NCBI GenBank assembly: GCA_951406725.2
Contig: OX597817.1
Location: forward strand, 1,488,001 to 1,552,000
DNA: 64,000 nucleotides
Direction: 5' to 3'
Source: Octopus vulgaris
Lineage: Eukaryota
In this document: one piece after another, positions 53,449 to 64,000 of the stretch
Layout of the letters: each line of letters begins with the position of its first letter
Position numbering within the stretch: the stretch's first letter is position 1
Translations under genes and position numbers: made by a program
The notes under the pieces: model-generated
The model's database searches: none
Told to the model about the DNA's origin: nothing
Seen by the model: only the letters and a program-made list of their open reading frames with translations

Positions 53449-53655
53449 CATACATACATACATACATACATACATACATACATGCATACCTACATACATA
53501 CATACATACATACATACATACATACCTACCTACCTACATGCATACATACATACATACATACATACATACCTACCTACCTACATGCATACCTACATACATA
53601 CATACATACATACATACATACATACATACATACATACATAAACACATACATACAC
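53341..53655. repeat. (CATA)n microsatellite
   Basis: Visible directly. Confidence 0.95.
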
Positions 53656-53669
53656 ACACACATATCATA

Positions 53670-53815
53670 TGGCTGTGGGCTCGCACTAGGCAAGAAGTTA
53701 AAAAATGTTTTTGACCTATGACACTACATAGACCCTAAGTAAAACATGTATAAAATTTGAATGAAATTGGTTGTGTAGTTCTCAAGTTTTAGGGATTCAC
53801 ACAGACACACAGAGG
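53670..53815 (+). mobile_element. Helentron/HINE-like fragment
   Basis: AAAATTTGAATGAAATTGGTTGTGTAGTTCTCAAG followed by ACAGACACAC, the layout I recall for DINE-1/HINE-like 3' regions. Confidence 0.4.
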
Positions 53816-54314
53816 AAGCAATTGCTACAAATTCCCCAAAACAAGACAGAGGTCCGTTTCCAGATCTTCGCATTCGGGGTAGTTGCTTAGAAGATGCAGG
53901 CGTGGGTAAGGCTTTAAGGGAAAGTCTAGCAATTTCCCATGCATCTAAATATCCCCTCTCCACATCATTATTGTTGATTCAGAAGAAAGTCAACTTGCAC
54001 TGATACAGCATAGCACCAGTGTCTTCTCAGACGTTACTGTCAGAACGCCAAGAGCTGGAACCAATATTACAAACAATCTTGCCCGATCTTCTATTAGTTC
54101 CGTCAAAGCAATGCGCTGGATTAGCGCAGTACGTGTATTTATTGTGGAACTGCTGATGACCTCAGTAATGAAATGTAACTAAACACCATAAATTGTTTGT
54201 ATTGCTTCACTGCCATTTCACTGCCATCAAGTAATAATTTCTAAAAATGGGAATTTGCGGAATCTTTAGAGTATAGAATAGAATGGTTAGTCCACATAAT
54301 TCTGTAAGGAGCAT

Positions 54315-54513
54315 AGGACCAGTTTCCTGGTTTCTCTGGCGTATATAATCCCCCCCCCCCTAGAATTACTCATTTTTTACAAACTGGGTGGATTGGAGCA
54401 ACGTGAAATAAAGTATTTTTCTCAAGAAAATAACGCATCTCCCGATCCAGGAGTCTATACCACCATATTATGGTCATGAGTCCGAAACCCTAACCACTAA
54501 GCATGCGCCTCCA
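54315..54513 (-). mobile_element. SINE family B-related copy
   Basis: TGGAGCAACGTGAAATAAAGT...CCCTAACCACTAAG matches 684-997. Confidence 0.7.
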
Positions 54514-54961
54514 CTCTAGAATAGAATACTTCACAATATTTGTTCTGACCTTCCTCACTCTGAGTTCAAATCCTATCCAATGTCTTTCATCTTTTTGGAG
54601 GTCGATAAAAAACTACCCTTTCAGAACATCTGACAAATTATTTTGCAACTGCTGTTCCGGCTCTTTGTTTTCTGAAAGTAAAGCCAACAGGACTGCTGTC
54701 TAGCTACATCGGACCTAAGGTAGTAGGTATTCTCTTGGATAAATATCAACAACATGGAAAGAGCAGGCTTGCATACATGGGCAACTGCTAGTCTTGCCCA
54801 AAAAAATTTTTAAAGAAGCAAAAACAAGAGATTCATTGATAAAATTTCATCGGTGGAAATCCTAAATGATTCTTAAGTTTCGCTCAACACACATTTTGGT
54901 GGCGAAATAGCCGATTATTTGTACACCAGTACTTGACAAATATTGATATCATCTCTAAGTA

Positions 54962-55415
54962 GGGGCAGCGAGCTGGCAGAGTCATTAGCACGCCGGATAA
55001 AATGCTTTGCGTCATTTCGTCCAAAGTTCGAATTTACATTCAGAAATCAGATTCTGCTGAGATCGACTTTGCCGTTCGGGATCAATAAAATAAGTGCCAT
55101 TAAGCACTGAAGTCAATGTAATCAGTTTACCCCGCTCTGCAGATTGCTGGCTCTGTGCCAAAATTGGAAACCAATATTAATATCATCGACATCTATGTAG
55201 AGCAGAGAGTTGGCAGAATCTTGCCCGCACGCCGGTTAATGCTTAGCGGCACTTCGTCCATCTTTACGTTCTGAGTGCAAATTCCACTGAGGTCGACTTT
55301 GCGTTTCAGCCCTTAGGGTTTGATATAATAAGTACCATTTGAGTACTGGAGTCAATGTAATCGACTTAAACTTCTCACCTGCAATTGCTAACCTTGTTAT
55401 ACAATTTGAAATCAA
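54962..55415 (+). mobile_element. Two SINE family C copies
   Basis: GCGAGCTGGCAGAGTCATTAGCACGCCGG head and GAG(A/G)TCGACTTTGC cores. Confidence 0.75.
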
Positions 55416-56539
55416 TATCATCAACCGCCAAACTAGCCAATTTGTATGTTATTTTTTTTTATCTTTCTAACTACAGCTCACTAAGTAATATGCCAAAAAT
55501 GTTGCGGCATACGATCAATTCTCTTTTATTAAAAATTTTCAAGTGAAAAAAATAAGCGTGTACGAAACTTTTTTCTCATGCAGAGGTATGTGCTGCCTTT
55601 TGTTGCAAACAAATGCACATGCACCACTATAATCCATTAAAATTGCTCAAGTTTTCTAAATACCTTTTGTGTCACTTAAACGTTACGCAGTAGAGCCGCA
55701 CTGCGCGCGGTACTGTGGTTTAAAATCTTTGCCTTAAATGACCACAACGGGATTTGAAATCAGAATGTAAAAATTCGTTACTAAATACTACACTCGTCCG
55801 CCGTCTGCCTTCCATGACCTCCCCCAAAATAATATTGATTTTCTAATAGTGGGATAAGGCCAGATATTTGCTGTGGGTTATAATCAATTAAAAATCAATC
55901 TTTTGTTTTTCCGGCATTTTTCTTATAATTAATGATCCTGGAACGATGAAAGACTAAGATGACATCGACCTGATTTGAACTCGGATTGTTTAACGATCTG
56001 AAGCAAATAACGTAAGTTATCTTGTCCAATGCTCTAACGCTTCTGCCATTCACCACGCTTTCGGAATATTTATTGTAACAATGGTATCTAAATAAGTAGA
56101 GAACCGATGTATGCATTTAGAGGAAGAGAAGAAAGAAGAGAAGGAGGTAGAGAAAGAAAGAATGGATGCAAGAGAGAGAGAGAGAGAAAGGGATCAGGTT
56201 CTCTGCGTATATGTTTGTGTGCATATGGACAACTAATTTTATTAACCACATTGAAACTAACGGTAACCGTGTCTACAAACGACTGTTCTACTTCAATTAC
56301 AGGCATCAATGAAAAGCAGTGAGCGAAATGAAATAGTTATGACATTCTCTACAGGAAAAGGAAAAACAAAATTGTAAATAAACGATTCCACTGTATTAAT
56401 CCAACCAATATCCGGACAGGGCTGTTTATTTTTCTTACATTGCTTTTGTTTGTGTTATTTATTTAATTGTTTATTTATATATTTATTTGGCGTTTATTTC
56501 TCTTTTCCTGACGCCATTACTAAGATCGTTTATCAGCTT

Positions 56540-56622
<83 letters not shown>

Positions 56623-56799
56623 TATTTAAATGGGAAGTATAAACGATGATATCTGAATATATGAAAATATGTGTCATTTTCATGTTAAAAATTTGTCTTG
56701 TGTTATGTAGCGTTGAAAGAATAACATTAGATCGCATTGACATAAAGACACGCGTGTTGTATGTCTGTTTTTCTATGTGCTTTTGTGTTTGTGTGTGTG

Positions 56800-56906
<107 letters not shown>

Positions 56907-57096
56907 TTTTCTTTTCTTTTACTTGTTTATAAATATATACATATATGACGGGCTTCTTACAGTTTTCGTCTACCAAATCAACTCAAAAGCCTTTGGTCGG
57001 CCCAAGGTGCTACGCAGTAAGACTTAACCCAGGGCCATGTGGTTAGTAAGCAAGCTACTTACCACCCATGTACATATGTATGAATATATTTATGAT

Positions 57097-57128
<32 letters not shown>

Positions 57129-57186
57129 CGTAGGTATGAATGTATATTTATATATATATATATATATACACATACACACACACACA

Positions 57187-57229
<43 letters not shown>

Positions 57230-57369
57230 ATGATGCGCATTGCTTATCACATTTGTTTTGGATAGCGTAGGGTAGACTCATTTTCAATTTGCGTCTGCCT
57301 CAAACTGCTTTGCACGGTGGGGTCGTATACAGAGCGTTTCTCTGCTTTTTTAATACTGACTTTATTTTT

Positions 57370-58330
57370 CAAACACTTTGCATTCCTTTCTCTTTATAAC
57401 GACATCAAGTGAAGCGGAATTAAAAGTGTATATGAATTTAAATGAACCTCAAAAATTGATAAATTAGGGTAACATTTCTGAAATTCAAGTATCATTTGAT
57501 TACAGACATGTGCATTTCATTTGCACGCGATCGTGAAATTTATAGCACAAAGTCTGTTTCCGAAAGATGCAAAATACTGACCTACGTAGTCGCAAGTTCA
57601 GACATCTTTTGGGAAACGCTTCATATGTTGAGTTATTTAGAAAATATGTGAACGAATAATAGATCCGAGTGCCTTATTTTGTTATATGATTACAATGACG
57701 TTGGAATTCATTTTTCTGTCCTACTTTTCTTTAAAATACGCTGGCCTACAAACATGAACACACTACTCCTGATCGCTAGTTAATTAAGGAGAGATTTTCT
57801 ATTTCATTATATGAAAATACTGATGGTTTGCATTGCCTGAAACCCGTTGTTACAGACAACTGAAAAAATAAAACGCTCTATTAATGATATAAATTCCTTG
57901 TTATATGCATCGTTTAGAAAATGCATGATTTACTTCAGAGTTTCTTTCTGAAGATTCTTCAAGCACTTGTTCCCGATGCATGATGCTTTCAGACAAACAT
58001 TTCTGGAGGAAGCTGCTGCTTGAACTTATGCCCCCCAAATTTAATATGGATTGGAGAAGCAAATGTCTTGTCCTGGCTCCTGACGCATCTTTCATTATTC
58101 AGCCAATGAAATAGGAAATAATTATAAACAATATTTTGAATCGGAAAAGTTTATGTAAAGAAGTTATTATTGTGTTGGAGGATGAAGATTCTGGAGAAGA
58201 CGGGGTGGAAACAGGACATTTCAGAATCTACGAGCCAACAACTCTAAGTTTGTGATTTTTAACTTTGTAGTTATTTGGATAGGGAATGCAGTCTACGACT
58301 ATGGTAACTAGCTGGAAGACGCGGTTGAAT
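57370..58330 (+). pseudogene. Tigger/pogo-family transposase relic
   Basis: Peptides in order: IKERFSI...NTDGLHCLKPVV; NA*FTSEF; LAPDASFIIQPM (compare pogo LPPNTTSLIQPMDQG). Many stops and frameshifts. Confidence 0.65.
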
Positions 58331-58534
58331 AACTTTGGATATGGTTTGAACTTTAAAGAATTTTCAGCAAATTACATTCGACGTATATTTATAATTCCTG
58401 GCAACAGGAAAAGAAATTGAATCTACTATTCAGAAATAGCAACAAATGATTAAGTTTATCCTCATTTTGAAGTCCTCAATTATGAAGAAATTGCTGATGA
58501 GTTACACAGTGTAAGACAGGAATAAACAGGACAT

Positions 58535-58609
<75 letters not shown>

Positions 58610-58610
<1 letters not shown>

Positions 58611-59462
58611 AAAGGAGGTTTCTATTTCTTTATATACTGTTTTGATTAGTATATCTAGAAAATAGTGTTCTTTTTGTTGTATTCTGCTGTGAATTGTATA
58701 TATGTATTTATGCTATTGAGAAAGTCTTTTGAATTTCAAAAGTTTCTCCATGTTTTCATTCCATAGAATAAAACAGTCATCCAAATATCTTTTCCAATTT
58801 TCCTTTATGTAGGGGATTTCCGAATTTTATTACTCCTGATATACTGTTAGTTCCAAATAGCCCATTGTCAGGTTTGCAAGAATGGGAGCTGCCTTACTTC
58901 CCATCGCAACTCCAAATTTTTGTCGATATACAGTGGTGTCAAATATGAAGGGATTTCGCTGGAGAATAAATTCTAATGATTTAATTATGAACTATATGCT
59001 AATACGTTCTGGTATTATTCTGAATATTTTTCCATCCAGAACTGAGTTGCTTCTAATCCATAATTATGAGAAATATTAGTGTACAAGTTTACAACATGAA
59101 AGGAGACCATAAGTATCTTTTCCTTTACTCTTTTTTTTACTAGCACTATGACCCGGCGTTGCTGGGTCATAGTGCTAGTGCATGCATATACAGCTGCCTG
59201 CATGCGCACATACACGCGAGTAATGTCCAAATCTCCGACCAATCACATACAGCAAGCTGGCATTCAATTGGCGTATCAAGTTTCGGGCATTTTGATTGGG
59301 TTTTGGATAGAAAATTCACAAAAAAGTCAATTCTATTGATCTTTTAATGGCTTTGCGGGGTGACTGGGGAAATGTAAGGATGTGCACGACCACCCTTAGA
59401 CGGTTTTGAATGACCATAGAAAGTGCGAGCCCTCTAACTGAACAATTGTGGATTTGTATAAA

Positions 59463-59497
<35 letters not shown>

Positions 59498-60230
59498 GGC
59501 ATTTTGCCGTTTATATATAGAGAGATTTTGATGGGTGGTTTAACATGTACAGATCATCTTTAATGTAACTTTTAATGTATTTTAGAAGTGGTGCCAATGA
59601 AGTAATTCAATCGGTGCGTTTCACAGAATGGTCCAGCTATAATGGGCCTTAGTTTAAGGTCTCTTAGTGTGGGTGTATGTATGACTTCGGTGATTTTTAA
59701 TTGCTTCATTCATAATATGGCTTTTATGAATATTCGGTAAGCTACAGAAGGGGATGGCTTTACGCTTAAAGTTAGTTATGTAGTCTATTTCTGTTTTCAT
59801 CACGTCTTTTCCCCTTTTTCGTGTAGTTGAACTAATGTCTAGAGACTTTTCATTATTCTTCGAGGATTGTAGTCTGTGTTCTTTTCGTAGTAATCTTTAT
59901 TATTCAGCATGGATAGTACTAGGATTTTATAGTAATCAGTGTCCATCATTACTACCGCACTCCCTTTATCGGCGTCTATATTTGTTAACTCCTCATCATT
60001 TTGTAATTCAATAAACTATTTCCATTGAGTAGTGCTGAAGTTTAAGTTAATTTTTTGTATGTACAAGCTTTGGTAGGGGAAGTTTTCAACGTGGTTTCAG
60101 AACTCGTCGAGTGTTTTATTTCTACCTTGGGGGGGGGGGGTAATTTTGGTTTTAACTAGTGAATCATCTGCGATATTAGACGTAACTAGTGCTTCTGTAA
60201 GTCATATATAACCGCAAAAATGTATCATAC
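58610..60230 (-). pseudogene. Penelope-like element reverse transcriptase, decayed and interrupted
   Basis: PLE RT motifs in order: ADKGSAVVMMDTDYY, LRPIIAGPFCETH, MVSFHVVNLYTNI, GVAMGSKAAPILANLTMGYLE, WKRYLDDCF, FLDILI. Confidence 0.9.
59139..59526 (+). mobile_element. Helentron/HINE-like non-autonomous element inserted in the PLE
   Basis: Begins ACTAGC with a 41-nt hairpin (59139-59179), has (CA)n near the 3' end, ends TATATAGAGAGAT, sits in a T-run and splits the RT coding region. Confidence 0.65.
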
Positions 60231-60342
60231 CTGCTTCTACGTAAGATTAGATCAAAATCTTTTTTATGATTTCATAACACTGAATCATGATTAACGAAGC
60301 GAAACCGGTTGACTTTGTACATATTGTAATGGATTAAATAAT

Positions 60343-60381
<39 letters not shown>

Positions 60382-61261
60382 GAGAAAGAGAGAGAGAGCG
60401 AGAGAGGGGAAAGACAAAGAGGGGAGAAGAAGTTACGTGTAAATATAAAACAGTAGCTCCACAGTAATTATAAGCTTAATTTCTAGCAGGTCATTAAACT
60501 CTAGCACTTTATTACATCGCAGTAAATCCAAGTGGGACTGGTTAGCACGTATAGACATAATTAATTAAAATTACCTTTAATAGCAATATATTTAAAATAA
60601 AATTACTAAAGCATATATTCTAAATATAGTTCCTAATTCAACAATATTCTTCAGCTGTTTCATTAAGAAAGATATTTCTAAATGTTTACTAGCATATTGT
60701 GCTACATAATTAATTAATATAAATTAACTTTGGCTTGAATGAAGTTAGCTTAAAAGCTATGTTTACTCAAATCATTTAGGATATTATACGCTGTTATTCA
60801 GAAAAAATCTTATTAGTTCATATAAATATGTGTGTGGGTGAGAGAGAGAGAGAAATAAAAAGAGGGAGAGTCTCTGTGTGCTTATATATGTATGTATGCG
60901 TAAGTATGCGTGTGTGTGTGTAGACAACATATAAATTTCTTAGTCATTTTGATGTAGGAGTAATTAGTTAAAGCATATGCGTGAAAGTTTGAATTTAGTT
61001 AAAATTTAGTTCTACGAGGTGTATTTACAAAAGGGATTGTTTACTTCTCCAATCACCCGTACTGATCTGTATTGCAAACCACAGAGCAGAAGCTCAAATA
61101 TAGCTAAGTTCAAATATGCTAATATATATTCATCAGTTCACTTAAGAGAGTGAGCTTTTCTTCACCTAATATTTACCATGAATTACTTTTGACCCGAAAA
61201 GAACAAACGCAAACAATTAAACTGACAGCTACAAAAGTTAAACCTTATTGTAAATCTTTTA

Positions 61262-61440
61262 TCTTTTACTTGTTCCAGTCGTTGGATTGTGGCCATGCTG
61301 GAACATCACCTTGAAGGGATTTTAATTGAATAAATCGACCCAGTACATATGTTTGAGCCTGGTGGTCTTGGTGTCCATAGCAGAATTGCTACGTTACAGG
61401 GGACGCGGACAATACCGGTTTTCGACCTACGGAAGAACAC
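61262..61440 (-). mobile_element. SINE family A, 3' part
   Basis: TCTTTTACTTGTTCCAGTC...GGCCATGCTGG. Confidence 0.65.
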
Positions 61441-61467
61441 AAAAATCAGCACAACAATATATACATA

Positions 61468-61512
<45 letters not shown>

Positions 61513-61541
61513 ATATATATGTACATATGTATATATGTATA

Positions 61542-61600
<59 letters not shown>

Positions 61601-61738
61601 GTATATATATGTATATATATGTATGTATGTATATATATGTATGTATATATGCATGTGTATATATATATATGTATATATATTATATGTATATATGTATGTA
61701 TACATATATATATGTATATTTATATTATATGTATGTAC

Positions 61739-61786
<48 letters not shown>

Positions 61787-61857
61787 ATATGTATCTATAT
61801 GTCCTGTGTGTAGACCACATGTAGTCCCAATGGCTCCTGTGCTATATAGTGGATAAA

Positions 61858-61931
<74 letters not shown>

Positions 61932-61944
61932 GTATGTGTTTGTG

Positions 61945-62108
61945 TGTCTGTGTTTGTCCCATATGCTGGTGTGTTTACGTCCGTACTTAGCGGTTTCAAA
62001 AGAGGCCGATAAATAAGTGCTTTAAAAGAATAAGTCCGGTTGATTTGCTCGACAAAGGCGGTGCTCCAGAGAGCACTGAAACAAGTAAAAGAGCAAAGAG
62101 ATTAAAGA
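61945..62108 (+). mobile_element. SINE family A, 3' part
   Basis: GCTGGTGTGTTTACGTCC...CTGAAACAAGTAAAAGAG. Confidence 0.75.
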
Positions 62109-62117
62109 GATATACGT

Positions 62118-62302
62118 GGAGGCACAGTGGCCCAGTGGTTAGGGCAGCTGACTTGCCGTCAGAGGATCGCGGTTTCGATTCCGGGCGTTGTGAGTGTTTA
62201 TATTATTCAGTGAAAACACTTAAAGCTCCACGAGACTCCGGCAGGGGTAGTGGAGAACCTTGCTGTACTCTTTCACCACAACTTTCTCTCACTCTTTCTT
62301 CA
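62118..62302 (+). mobile_element. SINE family D head, truncated
   Basis: GGAGGCACAGTGGCCCAGTGGTTAGGGCAG...CTTTCTCTCACTCTTTCTTC. Confidence 0.8.
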
Positions 62303-62749
62303 TGTTTCTACGTTAATTTCTTCAGCACGTTGATTTCACCAGCAGGGTGTAACGGACGGAGTGTCATAGTAACATATATACGACGAGCTTTTTCAGTTTC
62401 CGTCTACAACACCTTGGTAGACCGCCCGCTGCTGCCATGCATTGGGGCTGAACCGAGACATTGTGTTTGGAAAGCCAACTTTGTTAGGAGGCAAGTTTCT
62501 TATCACACAGCCATCGTTCCATGTCTGACTTTAATCAAGCTTTGACCGTTGGTCAGATATGCTAATTGCGTATGTGATAGCATGTTCAAATGGTAGAAAC
62601 AATTGTATGGTAGCCAATATATAGAGAAAAAATATTGTTAAATGTAACCGATATTCAGCATTTTCTTTTAATGCAGCGCTGTTTTTAAGTGACTGTGTTT
62701 TTATTGTAATTCGGATACAAATCTGAAACTGAATGTTTCAAGCTTCTGC

Positions 62750-63350
62750 AATGCGCCAGCTTTTGAGTCAGTGTTTGTTGGTGGTCTTAATTTTGTAATT
62801 TAAGAAAATGCTCCCTTCACATTTTACTTTATATATTTTATTGCAAAACTAATTTGCTATGCAACACAGAGAACAGAAGCAATTGTAACAGAAATGTATT
62901 TTACTTTGCAATAGCAAGACAACATTTCTTGTGCTGTATTTTGAACAGATCATGAGGAAAATAAGGACGTTTCATTAAACTCTTAAAGTTAGGGAATAAT
63001 CTCATCTGTTTTAACAACACCACCTGATGCTTTAGAATCGGGTAGGGGTGTTCAATCAGAGTTAAAGAAGTTTCCATCATTAACCTTTTCTTTCAAGTGT
63101 TATGCATGGCTCGTGAGCGCGTAAGAGTGCGTAGGAGAGAACATTGTGTACGTGTCTGTTTTGGAATTCTTTCTGCTCCAACAACTGCGAATAAATCTTG
63201 AAGTGACACAGCTGATTGTGGTGATCGACACATTTATACTTTATAAGCAGTTTTGATACAACCATTTTCCGTGTAAAGAAGGAAATCATATCAGGATATT
63301 TCCAATTTTTCCTTTACTTTCCTTCAAAAATACCGTTGTTTTATGTGACA
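62750..63350 (-). pseudogene. Possible hAT (Buster/Charlie-like) transposase relic
   Basis: Weak resemblance to the CxxHxxAL region. Heavily degraded. Confidence 0.25.
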
Positions 63351-63624
63351 CAGTGTTATGCGCTTTATAAAATTAATATTTCATACTTTCTACAAATTCC
63401 ATATCCATGGACAATTCTACTTTACAACTACGTATGTCAGCATTGAGTAGTTGAACAGAAGGGGGTTAATTAATTAATTATATCATCGAAAAAATACTTT
63501 TATTTTCTCTTAGAAGCAGGAAGCTTATTCTTGAATATGGAAAATATTGTAAGTTGGAAATAATTAATATCATAAGCAGCATCAAGTAATTAATATCATA
63601 AGCAGCATCAAGTAATTAATATCG

Positions 63625-63755
63625 GTTTCAAACTTTGGCACACGGCCAGCGATTTCGGGGGAGGGTTTAGGTCGATTAGATCGACTCCAGTGTGTTCAAC
63701 TGGCTGGTACTTATTTTATCGACCCTGAAAGGATGAAAGTCGAACCCAGCGGCAT
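63625..63755 (-). mobile_element. SINE family C, 3' part
   Basis: CTGGTACTTATTTTATCGACCCTGAAAGGATGAAAG. Confidence 0.75.
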
Positions 63756-64000
63756 CTGTAAGCAAGTAATTGATATTAATTTTACAAACAATATGATATC
63801 GTGTGCTACATTCTTATAATGATAGTTTGATCGACAATAAAAAGAAACAAACTGAACTAAATAATTTTATTGCGCTTTGCTCTCTCCCATATAAGAAAAA
63901 TTTATGCGTGCATAAATATATATATGCATATATGTATGTATGTATGTGTGTGTGTGTATTATGCATGTATATACGTATGTATTCATGAACATACATATAA

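Noticed and set aside
60253-60317. GAAACCGGTT with a possible stem I near the PLE 5' end
   Set aside because: No recognisable CYGANGA core.

Overview
AT-rich eukaryotic DNA saturated with microsatellites and repeats. The tRNA-derived SINE repertoire suggests an octopus/coleoid cephalopod (inference from recalled repeat families, not verified). I find no intact protein-coding gene; nearly all listed ORFs are microsatellite translations. Recognisable content: many copies of four SINE families (my labels A-D), mariner and Tigger/pogo relics, CR1/L2-like and RTE LINE fragments, a decayed Penelope-like (PLE) reverse transcriptase, a GIY-YIG relic and a Helentron/HINE-like insert. The main signal is a set of about eight sequence-unrelated, non-coding elements that each carry a minimal type I hammerhead ribozyme (HHR) motif with a palindromic stem III loop. 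Most sit in (TA)n tracts and show tandem monomers and/or a 5' inverted segment, like retrozymes or PLE pseudo-LTRs. The youngest is a 4.1 x 589-bp array plus a 514-bp inverted copy. Its most variable base is the nucleotide right after the predicted cleavage site, and several motifs share a U4C core (CCGANGA). All comparisons were made by eye; ribozyme activity and novelty are untested.
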